Below are positions 1 through 10,165 of a DNA stretch of 64,000 bases, one piece after another. Source of the stretch: a virus (Duplodnaviria; Caudoviricetes); IMG/VR virus record IMGVR_UViG_3300032307_000764, positions 160,001 to 224,000 of that record; one strand, 5' to 3'. Numbering within the stretch: the stretch's first letter is position 1; every line of letters begins with the position of its first letter. The notes beneath the pieces were generated by a model, which saw only the letters and a program-made list of their open reading frames with translations, did no database searches and was not told the origin of the DNA. The position numbers were made by a program, and so were the translations under genes.

Positions 1-90
1 AGCATTGGGATATTTAGCTTTTAACTCCTCTAATCTATCCTCTCCACTATGGGAGAATTGCTCGAATAATTTGATGTGATCTAAACTCAT
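1..90 (-). CDS. Partial ORF running off the left edge; N-terminal HIKLFEQF-tag protein
   Basis: Manual translation MSLDHIKLFEQFSHSGEDRLEELKAKYPNA; late-type GATATATAG box upstream on the minus strand (108-116). Confidence 0.75.
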   Translation of the reverse strand, partial: MSLDHIKLFEQFSHSGEDRLEELKAKYPNA

Positions 91-118
91 TTCGTCCTTT
101 ATTTACTCTATATATCAA

Positions 119-1030
119 TGCCCCGATACCCCGAGGCGAACACCTATAAACTCGCCCCGATATCCCAAAGATTTCGCCCCGTTTCTTGAAAAATATCCAA
201 TTCGCCCCGCATACCACACCAAACAAACAACTAAGCGCGGTTATAGAAATCTCCACCTAAAACTCCCGATTTTTCCACTAATCAATCCCGAAAAATCTAC
301 CCTAAAATTGGGGGGACAAAACCAAGAAAAATCCCCAAAAAAGGCCTCGCTCTTTAATACTCCTAACTATATAGTAAAGCACATCAACATATAGTATAGA
401 CACATACATAGTACACACATCACTATAGTATAAGAGAACACACATGTAATACCCATCAATATCCAAGAATACATCAAAACATATAAAAAACTAAGGAACA
501 CATATAAAACCCCTATATAGATACCTACACATATACACATCCCTATACTACAGACAACACACATCCCTACTATATAGAAGAACACTATACTATAGAGACA
601 AGGGCAAGCTATTATACCATCCTCCTAACCCATCTGAACCCATCCTAAATAAGCCCCAGAAAATAGTGGGGAAAAATGGAAAAAAATGGAGACTTGTGGA
701 GATCCCTGGTAACTGTAGAAAATACCACAAAACTGCACAAGGTTAAACCCACTTTCTACGTGTGTCCCCGAGAGGGCCCTCCCCGGGACCCCTTGCGTGC
801 CTACGCGGGCGATTTCTGGGATTATCTTAGAGATCTTTGGGGAATGTCCGAAGGAATTTTACGGAACTCCGAGATGTCTCGGGAATTCCCCGGTAGTCTG
901 GGATTGGTCTGGGATTGATCTGGGAGTTTCTTGGATTTTCTTGGTTTGGACCTGTTGGCTGAGGTGCCCCCGCTGGGATTATCTTGGAGACTTCCCGAAT
1001 AGATTTTCTTAGATAGACTTGGATCCTTTT
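119..1030. repeat. Left non-coding repeat block (island boundary)
   Basis: TCGCCCCG x3 (152,174,202), inverted CGAGGCGAA (132), CCCTAAAATTGGGGGG (300), CA/TA-rich tract 361-600 with CTATATAG x3, CTGGGA at 898/909/920, CTGGGATTATCTT at 816 and 973; only spurious low-complexity ORFs. Confidence 0.7.
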
Positions 1031-1189
1031 GGAAGCCCCGAAAAGATTATAAAAAGTTAAGAAAAGATTTTTATATTCAGGAAAGATTTCTTATATTAAC
1101 CTTATATAAAGGATATAAAAGATTTCTTAAATGCTATAGTTATTTCTAGAAATCATTTTTTATTAAGACATAGAGTTTCTACATTTGCA

Positions 1190-1579
1190 ATGTTAAATTT
1201 AAAAACAATTACGAAAGAGGATATGATTACATCTAACAACGGGTCCGCTTGGACTAAGTCTGACCGTAAGACTTTAAAGACAATGGTTAAAGAAGGAAAG
1301 GCTATTAAGGATATCGCTGCTGAGCTTGGACGCACCCCGGCTGCTGTGATTTATCAGAAGAGTCAGATGGGATTAACTAAGGTGACCAAGTCAACAAAGG
1401 TACCTAAGGTTAAGAATAAGAACGGGAAGTTGGTTATCCCAGCAGCTAAGACTAAGGATACAGTTCCCACAGTAACAACACGAGACAAAGCTAAGGAGAT
1501 GACTAGCGCTGCCCGTCAGATAGCGAGAGCTAATGGTAAGCGTATCACGATGGCTATGTTCTTTGTAGAGGATTTGTAA
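1190..1579 (+). CDS. Myb/SANT-like (GcrA-like) HTH DNA-binding protein
   Basis: WTKSDRKTLKTMVKEGKAIKDIAAELGRTPAAV motif; start may be ATG 1223. Confidence 0.65.
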   Translation: MLNLKTITKEDMITSNNGSAWTKSDRKTLKTMVKEGKAIKDIAAELGRTPAAVIYQKSQMGLTKVTKSTKVPKVKNKNGKLVIPAAKTKDTVPTVTTRDKAKEMTSAARQIARANGKRITMAMFFVEDL

Positions 1580-1599
1580 ACAATTAAAATCTAAATAGA

Positions 1600-2250
1600 A
1601 TGCCAGCACAAATTAAAAGAGCGGTTATGTCTGCCGCAATCAAAGACTATCTCAAGAACAATAAGACCTTGAGAGAGGTTGCTCAGTCACATGGAATGAA
1701 CATGGAGACTTTGCGTAAAGCATTAGGTAGTCGAGTTCGTCCTAGAGGTACACGTTACCTTGCTGATGGATCAGTGAAGACTCCAGGTGTTAAGAATGGT
1801 CGTAAGATCCGTACATCTAAGGCATCTGAGGCAACCCCACGTAGTAACAAACGTTGGACGGCAACTGAAGACGAGATGCTAAGAGATGCAGTGTTAACAG
1901 GTATGACTGTGGGAGAGACCGTAGATCTACTTGGACGTACAGCAGTATCGATCTACTGTCGTAAGTGTTATCTTTTGGACAATGGATACATTCCAGATCC
2001 AGAGACTAGATTCGCTTTACCTAAAGGGATCAAAAGAAATCGTAAGGTAGAAAATGCTACCATTGAAAGAATCGTTGAGATCGGCGAGTCAAGAGAGGAA
2101 GAAGAAAAAGTTCCTTCGGCTCCAGTGACTCAAACAACAACTATTAACTCTATCGAGCTTGAGGATCTTGCTAAGCTTGTTAAGTCGTATGGAGTTAACA
2201 TCACCGTGTCTGTGACTTCGTCTGGTACTGAAGTTAAGATGCACAGTTAA
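1600..2250 (+). CDS. Two-HTH DNA-binding protein (N-terminal HTH plus Myb-like repeat)
   Basis: KTLREVAQSHGMNMETLRKAL and RWTATEDEMLRDAVLTGMTVGETVDLLGRT. Confidence 0.65.
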   Translation: MPAQIKRAVMSAAIKDYLKNNKTLREVAQSHGMNMETLRKALGSRVRPRGTRYLADGSVKTPGVKNGRKIRTSKASEATPRSNKRWTATEDEMLRDAVLTGMTVGETVDLLGRTAVSIYCRKCYLLDNGYIPDPETRFALPKGIKRNRKVENATIERIVEIGESREEEEKVPSAPVTQTTTINSIELEDLAKLVKSYGVNITVSVTSSGTEVKMHS

Positions 2251-2371
2251 AAATCAGTTCTGCTTCTGATTTTTTGTTAGACGTGAAAGGGCTAGTTCTT
2301 AGGAGCTGGCCCTTTTTTATATAGGGGGCTCCGGCAGGACCCCTTGCGAATGCGCGTATGCGTGAGGGATC

Positions 2372-2785
2372 TTAGTTGATCTGACCGATGTACATGGTTA
2401 CTTTCCAGAATTCTGGATCCATTGTGTGGTTCATATAGATCTCTATTGACTGTAGGCTTAGAGGAAATTCCCCTATTTCATATTGAATTACGTCAAAAGA
2501 GGTTGATCCTTCTGGTACTTCTATTGATGTAGTGACGTAGTCTCCTGTCTCTTCGTCTTCAGTCTCAACGTCGAAGTACATTTCTTTGATCTTAGCGCCA
2601 TCTAATTCAATTCCCCATGACTTATAGGTTAAGTCTAGCGTCCATGTAACGCGTCCTTCTTGTACTGAGCAGTACTTTATCTCTGATGGTTCATCGTATA
2701 GATTGACTTCCACTTGGTTGCGACCAATCTTGTCGGTGAACTCATTTGGATTTTCTTGGAAATTTTCGAATAGTCTTAGCTTCAT
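2372..2785 (-). CDS. Hypothetical protein with N-terminal MKLRLFENFQE tag
   Basis: 137-aa ORF; GATAAATA late-type box upstream (2838-2845, minus); the only minus-strand gene inside the island. Confidence 0.75.
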   Translation of the reverse strand: MKLRLFENFQENPNEFTDKIGRNQVEVNLYDEPSEIKYCSVQEGRVTWTLDLTYKSWGIELDGAKIKEMYFDVETEDEETGDYVTTSIEVPEGSTSFDVIQYEIGEFPLSLQSIEIYMNHTMDPEFWKVTMYIGQIN

Positions 2786-2884
2786 GGCGATTTTTATTGG
2801 AAGGAACCCCCGCAGAGGTATCCGTTTTTTGTTCTTTTATTTATCCTCAAAATTTTTTTATTCTTTTAAGATGGTGTATATTTG

Positions 2885-2978
2885 CGGTGTAAATTAACTA
2901 CTCAGAATTTACGCTCATATATTTAGATTTTAATTGTCAAAAAAAACCAGATTCAACAGAGTCTGGTTTTTTTGTGTG
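2885..2978 (+). ncRNA. Candidate small RNA (promoter to terminator, no ORF)
   Basis: TATATTTG box 2877-2884, hairpin GTAAATT/AATTTAC 2889-2912, terminator 2941-2973, no ATG in between. Confidence 0.35.
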
Positions 2979-3033
2979 CGAAAGTTGACCGAAATGTGTC
3001 CGAAAGTTGTCCGATACATGTCCGATACACATC
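2979..3033 (+). repeat. Five 11-nt tandem repeats
   Basis: CGA at 2979, 2990, 3001, 3012, 3023. Confidence 0.8.
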
Positions 3034-3140
3034 GTGGGGGAACCTCCGAATTTCCCTAGCCCCTAGGGAAAAATCGGAAGCATTTAGTGAATCATTTTTT
3101 TGTTTTAGAAAAAACTATTACATTTGAGAAAACTGAAAAC

Positions 3141-3395
3141 ATGTACGTAGTCATTAGATCAAACCCAGACGGAGATAGCTATTACATTACATCTTCATTA
3201 GATAACGCCCGTGCTTCTTTTGAAAAAGAACGAAAGATTGTTAAGGAGAGTATTATTGATAGTGAAGAGAGTGTTGCTTTGCTGAGTGTTAAAGAAGACG
3301 AAGACTTTAGTCGAGGTGCTTGGGGTACTTGGTACGGGTGTGAGGTCATCGAAGAATTTGGTGTGACTCCTGATGAATCATATTTTCCTTTGTAG
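3141..3395 (+). CDS. Hypothetical early protein
   Basis: ATG 3141 downstream of TACATTTG promoter; the longer track start overlaps the promoter. Confidence 0.7.
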   Translation: MYVVIRSNPDGDSYYITSSLDNARASFEKERKIVKESIIDSEESVALLSVKEDEDFSRGAWGTWYGCEVIEEFGVTPDESYFPL

Positions 3396-3433
3396 AAAAT
3401 TCCATATATTTGTCTTAACTAAATAAAACCATT

Positions 3434-3796
3434 ATGGTAACGAAGGTAAAGAAAGATCAATTGGGGCTTTATGTAATTGCTGGAGGGTACATTACAAGAC
3501 CATTTTGGGGTACCTGTTTTAACGAGGGTGATGAGGTAAAGACCCATCATTTCGGCGGATCGACTCGTGCAGGTGTAACAGTCACCGACAAAAAAGAAAC
3601 CCATAACTTTAAAAGAGATGGTCAATATGAGTACTGGTGCACAACAGGACTCTGTTCAACCAAATACAAGAGGGGCGAATATACTCTGGAAGAAATTGAA
3701 AAGCAAACTGAGTGGTACAGTAAAGATATGATTCACGTTGCGGATCGTTTGACCGAAGCCAATCGCGAATTTTCAAAAACACTTACCCAGTCCTAA
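3434..3796 (+). CDS. Hypothetical early protein
   Basis: 120-aa ORF with its own promoter. Confidence 0.75.
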   Translation: MVTKVKKDQLGLYVIAGGYITRPFWGTCFNEGDEVKTHHFGGSTRAGVTVTDKKETHNFKRDGQYEYWCTTGLCSTKYKRGEYTLEEIEKQTEWYSKDMIHVADRLTEANREFSKTLTQS

Positions 3797-3863
3797 CATA
3801 AAAATCATTTTTTTCTTTGTAGAAAATTCCATATATTTGTATCAACCAATTAAATAAAAGGAG

Positions 3864-4739
3864 ATGCCAAATCACGTAACGAACTTATTGACTATTACCG
3901 CAGCTACTGAAGAGAGAGTAGATGAGATTAAATCTTTGATAAGTGGTAAATTTGACGATGGAGAAACAATGCACATTGATTTCAATAAGATTATCCCTCG
4001 TCCGGATTCATTGAATATCACTAGTGGAAGTACTACTGATAATGGTATTGCCATCTTGCAATATCGTGCAGGTGACGAAACAGCCATCCGAGGAATTATG
4101 CAATATCAATGGGGTAAGGGTTTTGATACTCCGGAGGATTTGATTAACTATATTCTCGAAAAAGGATCTGCTAATTTGGAAGAAGCTCAAAAAGCTTTGG
4201 ATAATGAAAAGCTTTATGGTCATCGGGATTGGTACGGATGGTCTAGTGATAAATGGGGTACAAAATGGAACGCATATTCCCAGGAATTGAATGAGTCCGG
4301 TGTTATCAAATTTGAAACTGCTTGGAGTACACCTGAACCAGTTATCTGTGCTCTTAGCCGAATGTTTCCCGATGCCCAATTCGATTTGAGATATGCAGAT
4401 GAAGATTTCGGTCACAACGTTGGAGAGTACACCTATGTAGATGGTGAGATCGTAGAAGAGTATCAACCAGAGGGTGGTTCCGATGAGGCTTATGAATTGG
4501 CAGCAGACATTACTGGCTATGAAGATTACTTCACCGACCGTATTTATGACATCGAAGCTGAGAGTATCGAAGAGCTTGAGGATTACGAAAAAGCTGCTAT
4601 CAGATATGTTTATCGAAAAGAGATCCTTGATGATTTCCCTAAGGTTGTTCTAAGCTATATGGAACAGTTAGCAGTCGAAGATGAGAATTACGAATTTGCT
4701 GAAAAGATTAAGAATACTGTAGCGGTAAACGAAGAGTAA
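3864..4739 (+). CDS. DUF1281/YubB (Api92-like) ferredoxin-like domain protein
   Basis: MPNHVTN, IDFNKIIPRP, WYGWSSDKWGTKWNA, FETAWSTPEPV motifs. Confidence 0.75.
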   Translation: MPNHVTNLLTITAATEERVDEIKSLISGKFDDGETMHIDFNKIIPRPDSLNITSGSTTDNGIAILQYRAGDETAIRGIMQYQWGKGFDTPEDLINYILEKGSANLEEAQKALDNEKLYGHRDWYGWSSDKWGTKWNAYSQELNESGVIKFETAWSTPEPVICALSRMFPDAQFDLRYADEDFGHNVGEYTYVDGEIVEEYQPEGGSDEAYELAADITGYEDYFTDRIYDIEAESIEELEDYEKAAIRYVYRKEILDDFPKVVLSYMEQLAVEDENYEFAEKIKNTVAVNEE

Positions 4740-4921
4740 AAATTATCACCTCCATATATAGAAAAGGGTCTGGATTATTTTCAGACCTTTTTTGTGTGCG
4801 GAGGTTTTTTCTGCAGCCGCGGATTATTGACTGAGGAACCCCCTCGAGGGTGTTAAAAACTATTTGGACGGAAATTCAGGAATCATTTTTATATATAGAA
4901 AATTCTATTTATATTTGTACT

Positions 4922-5080
4922 ATGAAATCTTTTAAGAAAATTCTGTTTAATTATAGCAAGGCTCGTGAACGTGAGCGTGCTAAGGAAGCGGGTTTTTTCG
5001 ATGGAAGGTTTAAGACAAAAGTTGTCACACCCAAGACCAAGAAGCCACCTAAGCACAAACATAAATTGTTTCAAGAATAA
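4922..5080 (+). CDS. Small basic hypothetical protein
   Basis: ATG 4922 just after TATATTTG; Lys/Arg-rich. Confidence 0.65.
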   Translation: MKSFKKILFNYSKARERERAKEAGFFDGRFKTKVVTPKTKKPPKHKHKLFQE

Positions 5081-5586
5081 TGGCTAAGATTAAAGTAGAT
5101 CAGAATAGGTTGCAGAGCAATCTGAAGAGAGGAGAGATTAAGTTCTCTTATGAGAAGGTTGACGGATCGATTAGAGAAGCTAGGGGTACAACACTTTTAG
5201 ATTTGATACCCGCATCACAGCATCCTAAGGATGGAGAGAAGGCTCACAAAGGTACAGCATTCTTTGATTTGGATAATTTGGCTTGGAGATCAATTTCTGA
5301 AAAGACCGAGTGTGTTGATATAGATTCAGATTCACTAGTTGAAATTTACGGGTCACCTATCATAGAGGAGGAGGAGATTAGCTTTATGTTATTCAAGGAA
5401 GGAACACTAGGTGATGTGTGGTTGAATAAATTGATAGAGGTTATCATGGATGCTACACCTCATCGTGCAACGGAGCTTGGTCACGGAGAGTTTAAAAAGC
5501 TAGTCCGAGTTTGTAGAAGGTACATTGAGGACGAGAGCTATGTTAATAGCCTTGAGGATCGATGGAATAAATTTGTAACCAATTAA
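5080..5586 (+). CDS. WYL_2/DUF2693-like SH3 beta-barrel protein
   Basis: LKRGEIKFSYEKVDGSIREARGT...FFDLDNLAWRS. Confidence 0.7.
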   Translation: MAKIKVDQNRLQSNLKRGEIKFSYEKVDGSIREARGTTLLDLIPASQHPKDGEKAHKGTAFFDLDNLAWRSISEKTECVDIDSDSLVEIYGSPIIEEEEISFMLFKEGTLGDVWLNKLIEVIMDATPHRATELGHGEFKKLVRVCRRYIEDESYVNSLEDRWNKFVTN

Positions 5587-5596
5587 ACTTAAATAT

Positions 5597-6052
5597 ATGC
5601 AAGAAGATTCTAAAATTAGTATGTCCAGAAAAAGACGGATAGTACGATGGAGAAGATTCACCTCGTGGATGTACAGAGGAATGGAGAAGGGATTTTCACG
5701 ACAGGATGAATTATCAGATTCACAGAAAGCTGGAGTCAAGATTTTTGAAAGAGCTTTAACTGTTAAGGATGCTGATTTGTTATTAGCTCCATTGAGCGAT
5801 ACTATCTACATAGAGGTTGATGACATTTTCCTTATTTTGGATGGTAGACAATTAAAGATTATCAATGGAAAATATCAGTACGATATTTACCTTCCAGAAA
5901 AGGTTAATCAGAAGCTTTACTCTTCCTTTAAGAAAGTGTTAGAGAAAAGAAGAAAACAAATGGAGTACAAAATCATCACTAAGACTAACCGTAGTCTAAA
6001 TAACATCCTCGATGATTTAGCAGAAATCAGAGATCGCAAGAAAGAGGAGTAA
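5597..6052 (+). CDS. Hypothetical protein
   Basis: 151-aa ORF with AACCAATTAAAC leader. Confidence 0.75.
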   Translation: MQEDSKISMSRKRRIVRWRRFTSWMYRGMEKGFSRQDELSDSQKAGVKIFERALTVKDADLLLAPLSDTIYIEVDDIFLILDGRQLKIINGKYQYDIYLPEKVNQKLYSSFKKVLEKRRKQMEYKIITKTNRSLNNILDDLAEIRDRKKEE

Positions 6053-6233
6053 GAAACCAAAAACCCAAAGGAGCCTAAGAGAAATCTTAGGCTTTTTTGT
6101 GTGCGGATGTTTTTGTAGCAGCAGCGGATTATTGCCTGAGGAACCCCCGATGAACATCCCGTCAGACGGGATTTACAAATCATTTTTTATTTTGTAGAAA
6201 ATTCTATATATTAGCTAAGTAAACCAATTAGAC

Positions 6234-6668
6234 ATGGATAAGAACATTTTCAAAGTAAAGGACAATCTCTATGTTGAGGGTAACAAGGTTATCAGTTATG
6301 TAACTGTTGTTGCTATTATAAAGGGTGATAGCATAATAGAGCTTGGTAAATTTTCAAGGACCACGACTAAGCATATCTTTATGCTTTCACAATTGATGAG
6401 CAAGAAGATAGTTCACACTACAAAAAAGAGGAGAGAAGATTTTGACAAGTTTAATTTGGGTGTGAAGACATCCTATGATAATTGTATCGGTCAAAAGGCT
6501 TCTCTTATGATTTTGGAGTCGCTCGGAAAAGGTATTCCTTATAATGTTACTCTTGCTACTTTGAAAGGAAAGATAGCTAAGAGGGATTGGGAATTATTAG
6601 ATAAGGAAGGCATCGATCCGGAGTTATTGAAAGGCGGGTCTTTATTAAGTCGAGTGGGAATTTATTAA
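6234..6668 (+). CDS. Hypothetical protein with C-terminal LKGGSLLSRVGIY tag
   Basis: 144-aa ORF with its own promoter. Confidence 0.75.
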   Translation: MDKNIFKVKDNLYVEGNKVISYVTVVAIIKGDSIIELGKFSRTTTKHIFMLSQLMSKKIVHTTKKRREDFDKFNLGVKTSYDNCIGQKASLMILESLGKGIPYNVTLATLKGKIAKRDWELLDKEGIDPELLKGGSLLSRVGIY

Positions 6669-6722
6669 ATCATTTTTTTGTTTGTAGAAAATTCTCTATA
6701 TTAGCTAAGTAAATCAAACGAT

Positions 6723-7016
6723 ATGGCAGACTTAAATTTTGTAGCTATAATTACAGGGCCCGCAGAATATCTCGAGGGTGGTGTAAAGGTTGAGGACTTC
6801 ACTATCACTTGGGATGAGATAGTAGAGGATTGTGATGATTTTGATGATGAAGGAAATCCAACTGAGGAAGGTGTAGTTGGAGCTATCGATTATCTCAAAG
6901 AGGAGTATGCTGCTGAGTGGTCACAGAGATGGTGTAAGGTAACTCTTCTTTCCAAAGAACAGTTCCTAGTTATTAAAAATTTTAGACCGGAAGAAAATTT
7001 GTTTATACCTAATTAA
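6723..7016 (+). CDS. Acidic hypothetical protein
   Basis: 97-aa ORF with its own promoter. Confidence 0.75.
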   Translation: MADLNFVAIITGPAEYLEGGVKVEDFTITWDEIVEDCDDFDDEGNPTEEGVVGAIDYLKEEYAAEWSQRWCKVTLLSKEQFLVIKNFRPEENLFIPN

Positions 7017-7079
7017 ATCATTTTTTTAATTGAAAAGAATTTTCTATATTAGCTAAGTAAACCAATTAAACAAAAAGAG

Positions 7080-7502
7080 ATGGCAACACGATCTAGGATC
7101 GCAATCGAAAAAGAAGACGGTAAAGTAGAATCGATCTACTCTCATTGGGATGGATATCCTGAAGGCAATGGAGCGAAACTTTTCGAACACTACAAAGACC
7201 GTGAAAAAGTTCAAAGCCTAATTGATTTAGGCGACATCAGTTCCTTAGCTCCAGAAGTCGAAGCACCAGAGGGTCACTCATTTAATTCACCAGCAAAAGG
7301 TGTAGTGGTAGCTTACGGAAGGGACAGAGGAGAGAAAAATGTAGGAAAAAGATACCATGCTTCAAAAGATGCTTTTTTTAATTCTGATATTGAAGAATGG
7401 GGATATCTTTTAACCAAGGAAGGCGATTGGGAAGTTAAATCGGCTTACGAAAGAACCAACGGGGTGGAGAAACTCGAAGAAGTCCTGAGTAAATTGGTTT
7501 AG
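7080..7502 (+). CDS. Conserved phage hypothetical protein (HWDGYP family)
   Basis: MATRSRIA...SIYSHWDGYPEGNG motif, seen in many phage early genes. Confidence 0.75.
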   Translation: MATRSRIAIEKEDGKVESIYSHWDGYPEGNGAKLFEHYKDREKVQSLIDLGDISSLAPEVEAPEGHSFNSPAKGVVVAYGRDRGEKNVGKRYHASKDAFFNSDIEEWGYLLTKEGDWEVKSAYERTNGVEKLEEVLSKLV

Positions 7503-7767
7503 TGTTTAATTGGTTGAAACACGGAGAGGGGGCTCAGATCTTAGGATCTGGCCCTCTTTTTTTGTGGGGTTATGTTATGGAATCTAAAACCTCTGTAGGT
7601 GCTATGCCTGGGGAACCTTCGGGGAGTCCGATAATGCTGTTTAATCTTTTCTGAGAAACGTTAAACGAAAAAAATCAAAAAAAAGCTACTAAATTCTAAG
7701 GAATCATTTTTTATATCAAATGGAAGTTTCTATATTAGCTATGTAAACCAATTAAAAATAAAAAAAA

Positions 7768-8151
7768 ATGGCAAGAGACAAAAGCACAATTTCAGGAGGA
7801 TTAGGAATCTCTGAAGAGTTTTTCACAGAAGCACAAAAGATTGTAGCAGAAAACTACAAGAAGTACGACACCATCTCGGATGCTTTGGAAGCGATCGGTG
7901 AGGAAGTTCGAGTTGAGGCTTTGGGTGAATGTAACGAAGCATTATCCGATTACGAACGTAAGCTATTGTTAGCTGGGTTCTTGGGTGGTGCTAAAGGAAC
8001 AGAAAGCAAGCTCAACGGAATCCTAAACGCTATGAAGGTTATGATGGCGTTGGACGGAGCTCCTGAGGAACTCAAAAAAGCTTTGTTCAGCAAGATCTTG
8101 AATGACTTCGGGATTGGCGAAAAAAATGATGACGGGTCTGACGAAGATTAG
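7768..8151 (+). CDS. Hypothetical protein
   Basis: 127-aa ORF with its own promoter and terminator. Confidence 0.75.
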   Translation: MARDKSTISGGLGISEEFFTEAQKIVAENYKKYDTISDALEAIGEEVRVEALGECNEALSDYERKLLLAGFLGGAKGTESKLNGILNAMKVMMALDGAPEELKKALFSKILNDFGIGEKNDDGSDED

Positions 8152-8248
8152 TCTAAGGGGAGCTTAATTGCTCCCCTCTTTTTCTTGGAATCATTTTTTT
8201 ATTCCAATGGATTTTTCTACATTTGTATCAATCAATTAAACACGAAAT

Positions 8249-8596
8249 ATGAACGCATGCACGCACTGCGGTACCTTACACGATAAAAAAGGTATGTACT
8301 GCTCAAAAAAATGCACTGACGCAGCTTATAGAGCTCGTAAGAAAGCAGCTACAGTTGTTACTGAAACATCGACAACTGACCCGGATGAGATCGTCGAAAA
8401 GTTCACCAAAAGGTTTGGTTTCCCTGTTAGGCTATTTTGGAACAAACGCCTAGAAAGAGAAAACTCTTCATGTGCAAAAGCAGGAACCACTTTGGAGTTC
8501 GAACAAATCTCTAAAAAGGGAGGTCGAGTAATTTATCGGGTTCGAAGAGGTAAAAGAAACTTCTTCACATCGGACAAGGAATTATTAGATTCCTAA
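8249..8596 (+). CDS. Zn-finger protein with C-terminal beta domain
   Basis: CxxC...YCSxxC-DAAYR; N-terminus like 11391, C-terminus like 28408. Confidence 0.75.
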   Translation: MNACTHCGTLHDKKGMYCSKKCTDAAYRARKKAATVVTETSTTDPDEIVEKFTKRFGFPVRLFWNKRLERENSSCAKAGTTLEFEQISKKGGRVIYRVRRGKRNFFTSDKELLDS

Positions 8597-8699
8597 TTGA
8601 AATCAAAGTAAATAAAAGGCTCAGGTTACTGGGCCTTTTTTGTGGAATCCTTTTTTTATATCTTAGAAAATTCTTATATTAGCTATCTAATCTATCATC

Positions 8700-8960
8700 A
8701 TGAATAATAAAAAAGTTCTCGAAAGATACCCCACTGCAATAGCTGTAGAATACAGAACCAAATTTGATGTTGGCATCGTAGGTAAAGGTGTGAAATTTTA
8801 CATCATTCAGGAGAGCAAGGATTCTGAGTATGCTTTGGGATTTGCCAGATCAGAGAGAGGTGCATGGCAAATGGCAGAATCATGGTTACAAAATGATATG
8901 TCGATGTTTCCTGATTACAAAGGCTATCCAATAGATCAAGCTAAATTAGAGATGGAATAA
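8700..8960 (+). CDS. Hypothetical protein
   Basis: 86-aa ORF with its own promoter. Confidence 0.7.
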   Translation: MNNKKVLERYPTAIAVEYRTKFDVGIVGKGVKFYIIQESKDSEYALGFARSERGAWQMAESWLQNDMSMFPDYKGYPIDQAKLEME

Positions 8961-9030
8961 TCAGGAAATCCTTTTTTTATCTCTTGGAAAATTCTTATAT
9001 TAGCTAAGTTAACCAATTAAAACATAGGAT

Positions 9031-9480
9031 ATGTCAAAAGAAAGAGAAGAAGCAACTGTTACAATCAAAAAAATGGTAGCAGAATCAGGGAACAAAATTT
9101 TCATGGGAATGACACATCATATTTATGGCCCACTAAGAGGACTCAACTACATTTTAGTAAATCCAAACATTGAGGAAATCCTAGATTGTTTGGACGAACA
9201 AGCTGGAGGTGTTGAACTAGATGACCAGATGAAGATCATCGAGAAAGTTAAAACCGCTGAGCCAAAAACCAATATTGAAACTGCAATTAAGATTTGGACG
9301 AAAACAGGAATGGCAGTTCAACTTATGATTCTTCCTTACGAAATGGTCGAACAAGCTGAGAACGCACCAACAGAAGTTAACTCACTTGAAGAAGGAAGAA
9401 AAGAAATCCTAAAAAATCTTTCATTCACAGCACCCCTGCAAGAAAAAGATCCTTTCTTTTTCCGAACAGGAATAGTTTAA
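9031..9480 (+). CDS. Hypothetical protein
   Basis: 149-aa ORF with promoter and terminator. Confidence 0.75.
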   Translation: MSKEREEATVTIKKMVAESGNKIFMGMTHHIYGPLRGLNYILVNPNIEEILDCLDEQAGGVELDDQMKIIEKVKTAEPKTNIETAIKIWTKTGMAVQLMILPYEMVEQAENAPTEVNSLEEGRKEILKNLSFTAPLQEKDPFFFRTGIV

Positions 9481-9680
9481 ACTCCTATAAACTAGAAGAA
9501 GAAGAAGCCAGAGAAATCTGGCTTTTTTTGTGTGCGGATGTTTTTTCTGCAGCCGCGGATTATTGCCTGAGGAACCCCCTCATGATGGTATCCGGAAATT
9601 ATCCTTTAGATTTTCTTGGAAATCATTTTTTATATTAAGTAGAAGTTTCTATATTTGTATTAACCAATAAAAATAACACC

Positions 9681-10004
9681 ATGAAATACTTCGGAATCGC
9701 AGATGCACACGGAATAGAAAGCTTCATCAAAGGTGACCCGGCTTCTACAGAAAACTCGACTCAAACTATGATGCTTCATATGAGAGCAGGAGCCAATCGA
9801 CATCGACATGCAGTTGTGTATATCGTTGATATTTCTGAAAGCACAGCTCAGGATATTGATGAATTACTCGGCGAAGGAGATTACACTGGAGCTTTAGTAA
9901 GACTAAAAATGTCTGTTGAAGATCTTCAATTAACTAATCTTCCTGGAGCAGAGAAGAGCTGGAGGTTAATACCAAACTCTGATTTGGATCCTTTTAATGG
10001 ATAA
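9681..10004 (+). CDS. Hypothetical protein
   Basis: 107-aa ORF with its own promoter. Confidence 0.75.
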   Translation: MKYFGIADAHGIESFIKGDPASTENSTQTMMLHMRAGANRHRHAVVYIVDISESTAQDIDELLGEGDYTGALVRLKMSVEDLQLTNLPGAEKSWRLIPNSDLDPFNG

Positions 10005-10165
10005 AATATCAGGTTTTTCTGCTGATTATAGAATATTCTAACGTAATTGGATCTAGAATCGTTTTTTATATCGGACATAACACCCTAAATTTGTCATATA
10101 ACTAAAAAGGGAAGATATGAAGAACTTAAGCAGGGAAACACAGCCGAAAGCAAAACCTTACTACT

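Noticed and set aside
47-1012. Track ORFs 47-256, 367-585, 676-918, 797-1012
   Set aside because: They are low-complexity translations of the repeat block; the real minus-strand start is ATG 90 behind the late box.
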